Shown here: one piece after another, positions 23,857-37,939 of the stretch
How the letters are laid out: each line of letters opens with the position of its first letter
Numbering within the stretch: the stretch's first letter is position 1
From: Mobula hypostoma
Taxonomy: Eukaryota
Direction of reading: 5' to 3'
Assembly (NCBI RefSeq): GCF_963921235.1
Contig: NC_086100.1
Span: 202,680,001 to 202,744,000 of the forward strand
DNA length: 64,000 nucleotides
Position numbers and translations under genes: made by a program
The notes under the pieces: model-generated
Told to the model about the DNA's origin: nothing
The model's database searches: none
The model's input: only the letters and a program-made list of their open reading frames with translations

Positions 23857-26797
23857 ACATAGAACATAGAACAGTACAGCACAGTACAGGCCCTTCGGCC
23901 CACGATGTTGTGCCAACCCTTAAACCATGCCTCCCATATAAATCCCCAACTTAAATTCCTTCATATACCTGTCTAGTACTCTCTTAAATTTCACTAGTGT
24001 ATCTGCCTCCACCACTGACTCAGGCAGTGCATTCCAAACACTAACCACTCTCTGAGTAAAAAAACTTTCCTCTAATATCCCCCTTGAACTTCCCACCCCT
24101 TACCTTAAAGCCATGTCCTCTTGTATTAAGCATTGGTGCCCTGGGGAAGAGGCGCTGGCTGCCCACTCTACCAATTCCTCTTAATATCTTGTATACCTCT
24201 ATCATGTCTCCTCTCATTCACCTTCTCTCCAAAGAGTAAAGCCTTAGCTCCCTTAATCTCTGATCATAATGCATACTCTCTAAGCCAGGCAGCATCCTGG
24301 TAAATCTCCTTTGTACCCTTTCCAATGCTTCCACATTGCTCCTATAGTGAGGCGACCAGAAATGGACACAGTACTCCAAGTGTGGCCTAACCAGAGTTTT
24401 ATAGAGCTGCAGTATTACTCCACGACTCAAATTCTATCCCTCGACTTATGAAAGCTAACACTCCATAAGCTTTCTTAAGTACCCTATCTACCTGTGAGAC
24501 AACTTTCAGGGATCTGTGGACATGTACCCCCAGATCCCTCTGCTCCTCCACACTACCAAGTATCCTGCCATTTACTTTGTACTCTGCCTTGGAGTTTGTC
24601 CTTCCAAAGTGTACCACCTCACACTTCTCCTGGTTAAACTCCATCTGCAACTTCTCAGCCCACTTCTGCATCTTATCAATGTCTCTCTGCAATTTTTGTC
24701 AATTCTGTACACTATCCATAACACCACCAACTTTTGTGTCATCTGCAAAGTTACCAACCCACCCTTCTACCCCAACATTCAGGTTGTTAATAAAAATCAC
24801 AAAAAGTAGAGGTCCCAGAACCAATCCTTGTGGGACACCACTAGTCACAACCCTCCAATCCGAATGTACTCCCTCCACCACGACCCTCTGCCTTCTGCAG
24901 GCAAGCCAATTCTGAATCCACCTGGCCAAACTTCCCTGGATCCCATTCCTTCTGACTTTCTGAATAAGCCTATCATGTGGAACCTTGTCAAATGCCTTAC
25001 TAAAATCCATGTAGATCACATCTACTACACTACCCTCATCTATATGCCTGGTCACCTCCTCAAAGAACTCTATCAGGCTTGTTAGACACGATCTGCCCTT
25101 CACAAAGCCATGCTGACTGTCCCTGATCAGACCATGATTCTCTAAATGCCTATAGATCCTATCTCTAAGCATCTTTTCCAACAGCTTTCCCACCACAGAC
25201 GTAAGGCTCACTGGTCTATAATTACCCGGACTATCCCTACTACCTTTTTTGAACAAAGAGACAACATTCGCCTCCCTCCAATCCTCCAGTACCATATCCG
25301 TGGACAACGAGGACATAAAGATCCTAGCCAGAGGCTCAGCAATCTCTTCCCTAGCCTCGTGGAGCAGCCTGGGGAATATTCCGTCAGGCCCCGGGGACTT
25401 ATCCGTCCTAATGTATTTTAACAACTCCAACACCTCCTCTCCCTTAATATCAACATGCTGCAGAACATCAACCTCACTCATATTGTCCTCACTGTCATTA
25501 AGTTCCCTCTCATTGATGAATACTGAAGAGAAGTATTCATTGAGGACCTTACTCACTTCAACAGCCTCTAGTCACATCTTCCCACCTTTATCTCTAATCG
25601 GTCCTACCTTCATTCCTGTCATCCTTTTGTTCTTTACATAATTGAAGAATGCCTTGGGGTTTTCCTTTACCTTACTCGCCAAGGCCTTCTCATGCCCCCT
25701 TCTTGCTCTCCTCAGCCCCTTCTTAAGCTCCTTTCTTGCTTCCCTATATTCCTCAATAGACCCATCTGATCCTTGCTTCCTAAACCTCATGTATGCTGCC
25801 TTCTTCCACCTGACTAGATTTTCCACCTCACTTGTCACCCATGGTTCCTTCACCCAACCATTCTTTATCTTCCACACCGGGACAAATTTATCCCTAACAT
25901 CCTGCAAGAGATCTCTAAACATCGACTACATGTCCATAGTGCATCTCCCTGCAAAAACTTCATCCCAATTCACACCCGCAAGTTCTAGCCTTATAGCCTC
26001 ATAATTTGCCCTTCCCCAATTAAAATTTTCCTGTCCTCTCTGATTCTATCCTTTTCCATGTTAATGCTGAAGGCCAGGGAGCGGTGGTCACTGTCTCCCA
26101 GATGCTCACCCACTGAGAGATCTGTGACCTGACCCGGTTCGTAACTAATTCTAGATCTGGTATGGCATTCCCCCTAGTCAGCCTGTCAACATACTGTGAC
26201 AGTAATCCATCCTGGACACACTTAACAAACTCTGCCCCATCTAAACCACTGGAACGAATCAGGTGCCAATCAATATTAGGGAAGTTAAAGTCACCCATAT
26301 TAACAACCCTGTTATTTTTGCACCTTTCCAAAATCTGCCTCCCAATCTGCTCCTCGGTATCTCTGCTGCTATCAGGGAGCCTATAGAATACCCCCAATAG
26401 AGTAACTGCTCCCTTCCTGTTCCTGACTTCCACCCATACTGACTCAAAAGAGGATCCTGCTACATTACCCACCCTTTCTGTAGCTGTAATAGTATCCCTG
26501 ACCAGTAATGCCACCCCTCCCCCCCCCCTTTCCCCCCCTCTCTATCCCTTTTAAAGCACTGAAATCCAGGAATATTGAGAATCCATTCCTGCCCTGGTGC
26601 CAGCCAAGTCTCTGTAATGGCTACTAAATCATAATTCCATGTATGTATTCAAGCTCTCAGTTCATCACCTTTGTTCCTGATGCTTCTTGCATTGAGGTAC
26701 ACACATTTTAGCCCTTCTACCTTACTACCTTTACACCGTTTATTCTGCTTCTCTTCCCTCAAAGCCTCTCTGTATGTTAGATCTGGCTTCACTCCAT
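23857..26797 (-). mobile_element. CR1 LINE with nearly complete ORF2 (APE and RT, a few frameshifts or stops) and 3' tail
   Basis: Collinear ORFs 26020-26514, 25572-25922, 24699-25556, 24399-24692 and 24218-24430; catagaa tail at 23857. Confidence 0.95.
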
Positions 26798-27045
26798 GCA
26801 GAATACTTGCTGGGTTTCCGCACCACTCTCTGCAGAGTCCTGTGATTGAGGGAAGTACAGTTTCCATACCAGGCAGTGATGCAGTCAGTCAGGATGCTTT
26901 CAGTTGTGCCCCTGTAGAAAGTTCTTAGGATTTGGGGACTCATACCAAACTTCTTCAACCATTTGAGGTGAATGAGGCACTGATGTGCTTTCTTCACCAC
27001 ACAGCCAGTATGCACAGACCATGTGAAATCCTTGGGGATATGTAA
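26798..27045 (-). mobile_element. Rex1/Babar-type LINE fragment
   Basis: VKKAHQCLIHLKWLKKFGMSPQILRTFYRGTTESILTDCITAWYGNC. Confidence 0.75.
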
Positions 27046-27049
27046 GTGG

Positions 27050-28340
27050 AGAACTTATATACACATAGGTCTTTCAGCTTTGTGAGCACCTGCTCCCTTG
27101 TAATAGTAACTGCACCCACTTCTCTTCCCCCACACCCTTCAACATCTGGCACACTGTTAATGTCTTCCACAGTGAAGAGTGATGCAAAATACTCCTTTAG
27201 TTCATCTGCCATCTCCTTGGCCCCCTGTTATTACATCTCTGGCCACATTTTCTAGCAGTCCTATATCCACTCTCATCTCTCTTTTATTTTCTATATACTT
27301 GGAAAACCCTTTACTATCCACTTTGCTATTGTTTGCTGGCTTGCTTTCGTATTTCATCATTTCCCTCCTAATGATTCTTTTAGTTGCTCTCTGTAGGCTT
27401 CTAAAAACATCCCAATTCTCTGTCTTCCAACTAATTTGTGCTTAGTCGTATGCCCTCTCTTCTGTTTTTACAATAGCTTTGACATCTCTTATCAGCCACG
27501 GTTGTACTATTTTGCCATTTGAGTATCTCTTTGTTTTTGGAATACATCTATCTTGCACCTTCCTCATTTTTTTCGCAGAAACTCATGCCATTGCTGCTCT
27601 GCTGACAGCTCCTTTGGCCAACTCCTCTCTCATACCACTGTAATTTCCCTTACTCCACTGAAATTCTGCCTCAGCAGACTTCACTTTCTCCCTGTCATAT
27701 TTCAAGTTGCACTCAGTCATATTGCGATCACTGCCTCCAAAGGGTTCTTTCACCTTCAGCTCCCTAATCACCTCCGGTTCATTACATAACACCCAATCCA
27801 GTATAGCTGATCCCTAAGTAGGCTCAACAGCAAATTGCTCTAAAAAGCTGTCTCAGGGGCATTCAACAAACTCACTCTCTTGAGATCCAATTTCCAACCT
27901 GATTTTCCCAATCCACTGCTTGTTGAAATCTCCCATTACTATCATAACATTGCCCTTTTAACACGCCTTTTCTATTTCCTGTTGTAGTCTTTCGTCCACA
28001 TCCCAGCTATTGTTGGGAGGCCTGTATATAACTGCCATCAGGGTCCTTTTACTCCTGCAGTTTCTTAACTCAACCTACAAGATTCAACATCTTCCAATTC
28101 TATGTCACATCTTCCTAATAATTTGATGGCCACAGCATCATACCTGACAATCTGTAATTGTACAACAAGATCATCCACTTTATTTCTTATACTCCATGCA
28201 TTGAGATATCACACTTTGAGTACTGTATTTGCTACCCTTTTTGATTCTGTATGCCTAATATTCACCCTGCTGGCTGCAATTATATTTTATCATCTACCTG
28301 CCCTTCCTGACAGTCTGACTGCATGCTATCTTTGCTTTAT
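27050..28340 (-). mobile_element. Decayed CR1 ORF2 (APE and linker)
   Basis: MADELKEYFASLFTVED; VKEPFGGSDRN. Confidence 0.82.
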
Positions 28341-28359
28341 CTATCCAAATATATATATT

Positions 28360-29600
28360 TGGATAGACCTGGACTTAGTAAAGATAGTCAGGATAGTTTT
28401 GTGCATGGTAGGTCATGTCTAACCAACCCTATAGAGTTTGTCGAGAAAGTTACCAGGAAAGTGGATAAGGACAAGGCAATGGATGTTGTCTACACGGACT
28501 TTAGGAAGGCATTTGACAAGGATCGCGTAGGAGGTTGGTCAAGAAGATTCAGTCAGGATTCAAGATAAGGTAGTAAATTGGATTAGACATTGGCTTTGTG
28601 GGAGAAGTCAGAGAGTGGTAGTATATGGTTGACTTTCTGATTAAAGTCTATGACTAGTGGTGTACCGCAGGGATCGGTGCTGGGTCCTTTGTTGTTTGTC
28701 ATCTGTATCAATGATCTGGATGATAATGTGGTTAACTGGATCAGCAATTTTGCAGATAATACCAAGACTGGGGCAGTAGTGGACAGTGGGGAAGACTATC
28801 ATGGCTGGAAAAATGGCAGATGGAATTTAATGCAGACAAAAGTGCGAGGTTTTGCACTGTAGGTCTCACACGGTGAACGGTAGGGCACTGAAGATTGTGG
28901 TAGAACAAGAGGATCTGGAAATACAGGTTCATCATTTGTTGAAAAAGTTGTCACAGGTAGATAGAGTCATAAAGAAAGATTTTTGGGACATTGACTTTCA
29001 TAAATCAATGTATTGAGTACAAGAGATGGGATGTTATGTTGAAGTTGTATAAAACGTTGGTGAGGCCTAATTTGGAGCATTGTGTGTAATTTTGGTCACC
29101 TATCTACAGGAAAGATGCATGCAAGATTGAAAGAGTACAGAGAAAATTTACAACACGTGCCAAGTCTGGAGGACCTGAGTTATAAGGAAAGATTGAATAG
29201 GTTAGGACTGTATTCCTTAGAACGTAGAAGATTGAGAGGAGATTTGATAGAGGTATACAAAATTATAAACAGTATAGACAGGGTAAATTCAAGTCATCTT
29301 TTCACACTGTTGTGTGGGACTATAACTGGAGGTCAAGGGTTAAGGGTGACAGGTGAGACATTTAAGGGGAACATGAGGGGAAACTTCTTCACTTAGAGGG
29401 TTGTGAGAGTGTGAAATGAGCTACCAGCGCAAGTGGTGCATGCGAGCTTGATTTCAACATTTAAGATAAGTTTGGATAGGGACATGGATGGTCGGGGCAT
29501 GGAGGGCTATTGTCCCAGTGTAGGTCAATGGGAGTTGGCAGTTCAAATGGTTTCGGCATGGACTAGATGGGCCGAACTGCTGCGCTGTACTTCTCTATAA
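28360..29600 (+). mobile_element. Decayed CR1 RT and 3' end
   Basis: [46 protein letters not shown]. Confidence 0.88.
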
Positions 29601-29820
29601 CTCTAGGACTTGAATTGGGAAGCCAAGAATGTCTGTGTTCTCCATATTGAGTGCAAGGTCAAAGGGTGATTGTGGAAGTGGATTGGGGGTTAGGGATAAA
29701 GGAATGTCAGGGTAATATTGAACTGGGAGAATATGATGTTTACTCTTGTCCCCTGGGGAATTCTGAGCTCCAGCCTGTTGTACAAAAGCTGAACATCCCA
29801 TCATTTCTTCTCAAACTCAC

Positions 29821-29986
29821 TCATATCATAGAAATGCTGCCAGAAGGCCTCCATCCATCTGTGCATCTCCTCCAACGAGTCAGTGACGAGGGTGTGTGTC
29901 ACCTCCTCCCCTGCAAATTGATTCGTTATTAAGATGCAGTTTGATGTTCTCTTGGGCTCTTTTCCTGTTGCCCTGATACGTGTTTC
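29821..29986 (-). CDS. RTKN: Rhotekin coding exon (PH domain C-half), 166 nt, phase 0 to phase 1
   Basis: tttatttttcag|GAA ACA CGT...GAT ATG A|gtgagt. Encodes ETRIRATGKEPKRTSNCILITNQFAGEEVTHTLVTDSLEEMHRWMEAFWQHFYDM. The EEVTHTL motif favours RTKN over RTKN2. Confidence 0.95.
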
Positions 29987-31511
29987 CTGAAAAATAAAGC
30001 ATTTGTCAGGAGGGTTAAATTGGACAATTCTGATAACCAGATCAGGTTGGTAGGTGAGGGTGAGGATAAACATTTGAACATTCTCCACAGAGGGGTGCCA
30101 TTTTGGGTGACTGTAAGGCATAAAACAATCTCTTTATGAGAAGATTTCAATGATTAACACACACCTGGAACCCGCTCCAACCCGCTGCCATTTTCTACAG
30201 TCCAGTTTCCTGATACCCTGTTAGTGCAGTGATGCCCTATTAACCCCACGGTTTTCAGTCTTAGTGACAAATCTCTTAAATCACGCATAATCAAATGCCC
30301 TTTGCATATACAATTTACTTATATAATCTGTGTAACTTACATTTAAAATGTACAGATAAGCAATTTCTCCTGTAGCAAAATGCTCGCGACTTACTTCCAC
30401 CTTACTTACCTAAAACATACATTTAGTCAGATTTAGATATATTTTTCATATCCACATCAAAATATGCAGTGAAATGTGTTGTTTGCATAAACCAACACAT
30501 GTAAAGAATTGCTGGGATAGTCCACAAGTATCACCATAATTTCCAGCGCCAACAAAGCGTGGACACAATATTTATTGTACCCAAATGCTCATACAAGGGG
30601 CCAGAGAGAGAGCAAACTGCTAGCCTAATGAAATATACGTTCCTACTCGCTCTCAAGAAAACTCTGCCGCCCAATATGACTTCCAAGGGCGATGGTTTGG
30701 CCATCTGGGGAAGCGGACAAGAGCTTCAGTCTCCTGGCTACTAGTGACCCAGGTTTAATTTTGACCTCACTGGCTTACATGCTTTACCTGTGCCCACATA
30801 AATCAGGAACTGGAGCAGGTCACTCAGCTGTGATGCTGCCTCACCAGTCAATATGGTGACAGCTGATCTGAGTGTAAACTCAGCCACTCCACACCTCCCG
30901 CCTTTCACCCCAAGCTCTCTCATACCTGCCTACTTCTGCTGACATATTCAAAGACCATGCTGCCACTGGCCTTTGAGAAAGGATTCCAGGGTGTGTTCTA
31001 CTTACGACCCTCTAAGAAAATTAACCTCAACTTTGTTTTAAATGGACAATCTCAGATCTTCAACCAGATTTTTTCCTCGTTCTAGATTCTCCACAAGAGG
31101 ACACATCCATGACCTCTCAGGATCTCACTGCTTTGAACTTGCATCCTGTTGGGGAAGGGGGTGTGGTGGAGAGTGGGAACAGAATCACTGGGGCCTTCCA
31201 AAGGCAACCACCAGATCTGCACTTCGGGACGAGAACCAGTACTATGGGACAACAATAGGCAACAAGTCCGGTGGAATCCTCATGGGGGAGTTGCATCCAA
31301 TTGATGGGCCAAGACATCTGCTTTTCCGCCAAAACAATTTCAGGACCAGCACATGGTCTCATTTTGTCCAGAAACCTTTCATGGCCCCAGAAGTACAAGG
31401 AAATATCACCATGGGGCGGGTTCCAGATGGGTGGTGTCAACATGGTAAGAACGTGGTTATCAACAAGAGTTCGGAGAGCTGCTAAGGGCCAGCGGGAGAC
31501 CGAATACAAAC

Positions 31512-31643
31512 CTTATTGATCGCAATAGTGAAGGCAGCTTCCACCTTGGCCTCGACTTCCTCCGGAGAATAGTAACAGAAGAGATTAGTTCCCTGTAAAA
31601 CGCAGTACATCCTGGTCCAATTGTGCAGGGCACCAACCAGCTG
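31512..31643 (-). CDS. RTKN: Rhotekin coding exon (PH domain N-half), 132 nt, phase 0 to phase 0
   Basis: ttttcttttgtggcgttgcag|CAG CTG GTT...ATC AAT AAG|gtttgt. Encodes QLVGALHNWTRMYCVLQGTNLFCYYSPEEVEAKVEAAFTIAINK. This frame is missing from the ORF track and was translated by hand. Confidence 0.93.
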
Positions 31644-31973
31644 CTGCAACGCCACAAAAGAAAACAGATAAAGGAGATGAGCTCAGGAGAGGTCGTCTCA
31701 GTGACAGAGGGCAAAGGTGGGGTTGAGGGTCAGGGCTCAGTGGGGTGTTGGGATGGGCACTGGGAGACAGGTAGTGTGAGAAGTAAGGGCGGAAAAGCAA
31801 GTATGGTGAGACAAGTTGAAAGTGAAACTTGTGGTTGGCTTCAACTTCCCTGATGTAGATTGGGACCTCTTTTAGCACAACAGATTTAATTTGTTAGGTG
31901 CATCCAGGAGGGTTTCTTAAATCAGTATGCAGGCAGTCCAAGAGGAGAAGCTATACCATACAAGCATAAGATA

Positions 31974-32595
31974 CAAGGGTTGATTGATAAGTTCGTGGCC
32001 TAAGGTAGAAGGAGTCAATTTCAGAAAACCTAGCACATTTATTTTTCAACATAGTCCCCTCCTACATGTACACAGTTAGTCCAGCGGCCGTGGAGCTTAC
32101 GGGTCCCTTCTTTGTGGAAGTGGTCTACAGCAGGGGTGATTGATAAATTCGTGGCCTAAGGTAGAAGGAGATGAGTTATTAACTTCAAACTTTCTACATT
32201 ATCACTCAAAGAGTTGAACTGCACATGCATGTAACAAGAGTGTCTTGGACCTCCAGATGGTCCACAGCAGGGGTGATTGATATGTTTGTAGCCTAAGGTA
32301 GAAGGTGATGAGTTATACAGCTCTCGTTACATGCACGTGCAGTCCAACTCTTTGAGTGAAAATGCAGAAAGTTTTAAGTTAATAAATCATCTCCTTCTAC
32401 CTTAGTCCTCAAACTTACAATCACCCCTGCTGTAGACCATTTCTGGAGGTCCAAGACACTGACTTCTACAAAGAAGGGATCCGCAAGCTCCACGACCGCT
32501 GGACTAAGTGTGTAAATATAGGAAAAATAGATGTACTAGGTTTTCTAAAATTGACTCCCTCTACCTTAGGCTACAAACTTATCAATCAACCCTCG
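31974..32595. mobile_element. Mariner-type non-autonomous element (MITE), largely palindromic, with TA TSD
   Basis: TA|caagggttgattgataagttcgtggcctaaggtaga ... tctaccttaggctacaaacttatcaatcaaccctcg|TA. Internal TIR copies at about 32133 and 32271. Confidence 0.9.
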
Positions 32596-32599
32596 TATG

Positions 32600-33955
32600 T
32601 TATAGTCCAGTGAGCCTTACATCTGTGGTGGGAAAGCTGTTGGAAAAGATTCTTAGAGATAGGATCTATGGGTATTTAGAGAATCATGGTCTGATCAGGG
32701 AGGCTTTGTGAAGGGCAGATCGTGTCTAACAAGCCTGATTGAGTTCTTTGAGGAGGTGACCAGGCATATAGATGAGGGTAGTGCAGTGGATGTGATCTAT
32801 ATGGATTTTAGCAAGGCACTTGACAAGGTTCCACACGGTAGGCTTATTCAGAAAGTCAGAAGGCATGGGATCCAGGGAAGTTTGGCCAGGTGGATTCAGA
32901 ATTGGCTTGCCTGCAGAAGGCAGAGGGTCGTGGTGGAGGGAGTACATTCAGATTGGAGGATTGTGACTAGTGGTGTCCCACAAGGATCTGTTCTGGGACC
33001 TCTACTTTTCATGATTTTTATTAACGAGCTGGATATGGGGGTAGAAGGGTGGGTTGGCAAGTTTGCAGACGACACAAAGGTTGGTAGTGTTGTGGATACT
33101 GTACAGGATTGTCGAAGATTGCAGAGAGACATTGATAGGATGCAGAAGTGGGCTGAGAAGTGGCAGATGGAGTTCAACCCGGAGAAATGTGAGGTGGTAC
33201 ACTTTGGAAGGACAAACTCCAAGGCAGAGAACAAAGTAAATGGCAGGATACTTGGTAGAGTGGAGGAGCAGAGGGATCTTGGGGTACATGTCCACAGATC
33301 CCTGAAAGTTGCCTCACAGGTAGATAGGGTAGTTAAGAAAGCTTATGGGGTGTTAGCTTTCATAAGTTGAGGGCTAGAGCTTAACAGTCGCGAGGTAATG
33401 ATACAGCTCTATAAAACTTTGGTTAGGCCACACTTGGAGTACTGTATCCAGTTCTGGTTGCCTCAGTATAGGAAGGATATGGAAGCATTGGAAAGGGTAC
33501 AAAGGAGATTTACCAGGATGCTGCCTGGTTTAAAGAATATGCATTATAATCAGAGATTAAGGGAGCTAGCACCTTACTCTTGGAGAGAAGGAGGATGAGA
33601 GGAGACGTGATAGAGGTGTACAAGATATTAAGAGGAATAGATAGAGTGGATAGCCAGCGCCTCTTCCCCAGGGCACCACTGCTCAATAAAAGAGGACATG
33701 GCTTTAAGGTAAGGGGTGGGAAGTTCAAGGGGAAGATTAGTGGAAGGTTTTTTACTTAGAGAGTGGTTGGTGCGTGGAATGCACTGCCTGAGTCAGTGGT
33801 GGAGGCAGATACACTAGTGAAATTTAAGAGACTACTAGACAGGTATATGGAGGATTCTAAGATGGGGGTTATATGGGAGGCAGGGTTTGAGGGTCGGCAC
33901 AACATTGTGGGCCGAAGGGCCTGTACTGTGCTGTACTATTCTATGTTCTATGTAT
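32600..33955 (+). mobile_element. 5'-truncated CR1 of the same subfamily as 14019-15330
   Basis: ORF 32708-33370 is RT; ttctatgttctatg tail. Confidence 0.94.
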
Positions 33956-34169
33956 AAGAGCAGAATTAGGCCATTTGGCTCACCGAGTCTGTTCTGCCAT
34001 TTCATCACAGCTGATCCATTTCCCTCTCAGCCCCAATCTCCTGCCTTCTCCCCTATGGCAATGAATTCCACAGTTTCACCTCTCTGGCAAAAGAAATTCT
34101 TCCTCACCTCCATTCTAAATGGACGCCCCTCTATTCTGAGCCTGTTGTCTCAGACTCATTCATCACAGG

Positions 34170-37100
34170 GGTAGTCCTGTGGCCGTCCCCCTGAACAACA
34201 GGTAGACCAATTCGGATACTTTTGGAGGTATAACCTTACTTAGGAAAGTCAGTGATTGAGTCTCTGGAACTGAGTCTGCCTGTGTGACTCAAAACGAAAG
34301 AGAGGAGAAGAGGCACGGTGTGGTGATAGGGGAATCGCTAGTTAGGGGAATGGATAGGAGGTTCTGTGGGCAAGAATGAGATCCCGGATGGTATGTTGCT
34401 TCCCAGGATGTCTCAGATCGAGTCCTCAGCATTCTTAAACAACCAGGCTAAACAACCAGAGGTTGTGGTCCATATAGGTACCAGTGCCATGGGTAGGACA
34501 AGTGATGTGTTTCTACACAGGGAGATCAGGGACTTGGGTGATAAATTAAAGGGCAGGACCTTCAGGGTTGTGAAGTCAGGACTGCTACCTGTACAATGTG
34601 CTAATGTGGCCTGAATGAGGAAGATCATACAGTTTAATACTTCGCTATGCAGTTGGGGTAGGAGGAAGGGTATAAGGTTTTAGGATCGTTATGCTTTATT
34701 CCAGGGGATCTGGGACCTGTACAGAAGCGACGGTTTGCACCTGAACTGGAGGGGGTCTAATATCCTAGTGGGAAGGTTTATTAATGCTGCATGGTGGGGT
34801 TTAAACTAGAGTTGAAGGGGGATGGGAACCAGAGTGTCAGAACAGTTGGTGGAGACATTGTGGGGGCAGATGTTGGTCAGACCTCAGGCAAGTAAGGATT
34901 CAAAAGGTTCATCATGGTGCACCTAGTGTCAAGAGCTGCGTATATTTCAATGCAAGAAGCATCATAGGAAAGGCGGATGATAGCGCTGAATATGAGGTAG
35001 CTGGTTTACAAACAGAGGCAATATGTAGTGAGGAGAGGTTGGTGATGGGGCAAAATCGCAGTCAAAGGAGGAGTTGCAACATAAAAGGCATACAAGATCG
35101 AAAAGGGTGACTATAGGACTGAAGGTGTTGTATTTCAATGCGTGCAGTACTACAAAATAAGGCAGATGAACTTGCAGCATAGTTGCAGATTGGCATGTAT
35201 AATGTTGTAGGCATCACTGAATCATGGCTGAAAGATTATAGTTGGGAGCTTAATGTCCAAGGATACACATTGTATTGAAAGGACAGGCAGGAAGGCAGAG
35301 GGGGTGGCATTGCTCTGTTGGTAAAAATTGAAATTAAATCATTAGGAGGTGACATAGGGTCGGAAGGTGTTGAATCATTGTGGATCAAGCTAAGGAACTG
35401 CAAGGCTAAAAAGACCCTGATGGAAGATGTATACAGACCTCCAAACGGTAGCAAGGATGTGGCCTGCAAATTACAATGGGAGATAGAAAATGCATGCCAA
35501 ATGGGCAAAGTTACAGAAGTCATGGGGGCTTCAATATGCAGGTAGATTGGGAAAATCAGGTTAGTGCTGGATTCCAGGAGGGGGAGTTTCTAGAGTGCCT
35601 ATGAGATGGCTTTTTAGAGCAGCTCGTCGTTGAGCCTACTAGGAGATCAGCTGCTCCAGAGTGGGTGTTGTGCAATGAATCAGAATTGATTAGGCACCTT
35701 ATGGTAAAATAACCCTTAGTGGCAGTGATCACAAGGTAATCAAATTCACCCTAAAATTTGAGAAGGAGAAGCTAAAGTCAGATAAATCAGTATTACAGTG
35801 CAGTAAAGAGAATTACAGAGGGATGAGAGAGGAGATGGCCAAAATCGATTGGAAAAGAACACAGGCAGGGATGATAGAAGAGCAGTAATGGATGGAGTTT
35901 CTGGAAGCAATTCGGAAACACAGGACATATACAGCCCAAAGAGGAAGATGATTTCTAAAGGAAAGATGATACAAACGTGGCCAACAAGAGAAGTCAAAAC
36001 CAACATAAAAGCCAAAGAGAGGGCATATAATACAGCAAAAGTTAGTGGGAAGTAAGAGGATTGGAAAGCTTTTAAATACCAACAGAATGCAACTAAAAAA
36101 GTCATTAAGAAAGTAAAGATGGAATACGAAAGTAAGCCAGCCGATAATATTAAAGAGGATACCGAAAGTTTCTTCAGATACTTAAAGTGTAAAAGAGAGG
36201 TGCTAGTGATTATCGGACCACTGGAAAATGATGCTAGAGATGTATTAATAGGGGACAATGAAATGGTGGACGAACTGAATAAGTATTTTGCATCAGTCTT
36301 TAGTGTGGAAGACACTCGCAGTGTGGTCGAAGTTTCAGGTGTCCGGGGTCATGAAGTGCATAAAGTTACAATTTCTAGAATGTGGGTTCTTGGGAAACTG
36401 AAAGGCCTGAAGGTAAATAAGTCAACTGTCCCAGATAGTGTATACCCCAGAGTTCTGAAAGAGGTGGCTGAAGAGATCATGGAGGCGATCCAGTAGAGAA
36501 CCAGTAGATTTGGAATGTTTCCGGAATACTGGAAAATTGCAAATGTCACTTGACTCTTCAAGAAAGGAGGGAGGCAGAAGAAAGGAAACTAGGAGCCAAT
36601 TTGTCTGACCTCAGTGGTTTGGAAGATGTTGGAGTCGATTATTAACAATGAGGCCTCAGAGTACCTGAAGGCACATGACAAAATTGGTCATAGTGAGCAG
36701 GCTTTCCTCAAGGGAAAATCTTGCCTGACAAATCTGTTGGAATTCTTTGAGGAAATAACAAGCAGGATAGACAAAGAAGAATCAATTAATGCTGTGTACT
36801 TGGATTTTCAGAAGGCCTTTGACAAGGTGCCACACATGAGGCTGCTTAACAGGCTATGGTTTTACAGAAGAGATTCTAGCATGGATAAAATAGTGGCTGA
36901 TTGGCAGGAGGCAAGCAGTGCAAATAAATAGAGCCTTTTCTGGTTGGCTGCTGGTGACTAGTGGTATTCCACAGGGGTCCGTGTTGGGACCGCTTCTTTT
37001 TATGCTATATGTCAATGATTTGGATGATGGCCTTGTTGCAAAGTTTGCAGATGATATGAAGATAGATAGATGAGCAGGCAGCTTTGAAGAAGAAGAGAGG

Positions 37101-37935
37101 CTATAGAAAGACGTAGACGGATGAGGAAAATGGGCAAAGAAATGGCAGATGGAGTACAGCGTGGGAAGTGTATGATAATGCATTTTGGTAGAAGAAATAA
37201 ACAGATTGAAACATGAAAGACTGAGGTGTAAAGGGACATGGGAGTCCTTGCGTAGGATTCCATTAAGTTTAATTTGCAAGTTGAGTCTGTAGTGAGGAAG
37301 GCAAATAGAATGTTAGCATTCATTTCAAGCGGACTAGAATATAAAAGCAGCAATGTGGTGTTGAAACTTTATAAAGTAGTGGTGAGGGCCTCACTTGTAG
37401 TACAGTGAGCAACTTTGGGACCTTATCTTTGAAAGGATTTGCTGAAACTGGAGAGGGTTCAAAGGAGTTTCAAATAAAGAATTCCAGGATTGAATGGCTT
37501 GTCATCTGAAGAGCGTTTGATGGCACAAAGACTGTATTCACTAGAATTCAGAAGAATGAGGGATGACCTCATTGAAACTTATCAAATGGTGAAAGGGCTT
37601 GATAGAGTTCATGTGCAAAGGATGTTTCCTCTGGTGGGAGCATCTAAAACCAGAGGCCACAGATTCAGAATAGAGGGGCATCCTTTTAAAATGGAGATGA
37701 GGAGGAATTTCTTCACCCAGAGAGTGGTGAATCTGTGGAATTCTTTGCCACAGGCAGCTGTGGACACTGTCTTTATATATATTTAAGGCAGAGGTTGATA
37801 GGTTCTTGATTGGTCAGGTCATGAAGGGCTACTGGGCAAAAGCAAGAGATTGAGGCTGAGAGGAAAATTGGATCAGCCATGATGAAATGGCGGAGTAGAC
37901 TCGATGGGCTAAATAGCCTAATTCTGCTCCTATAT
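34170..37935 (+). mobile_element. Old near-full-length CR1 (ORF1 esterase remnant plus ORF2), many stops and frameshifts
   Basis: PEVVVHIGT at about 34455, APE remnants, KSCLTNLLEFF..DFQKAFDKVPH, NFFTQRVVNLWN, 3' UTR. Confidence 0.88.
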
Positions 37936-37939
37936 ATTG

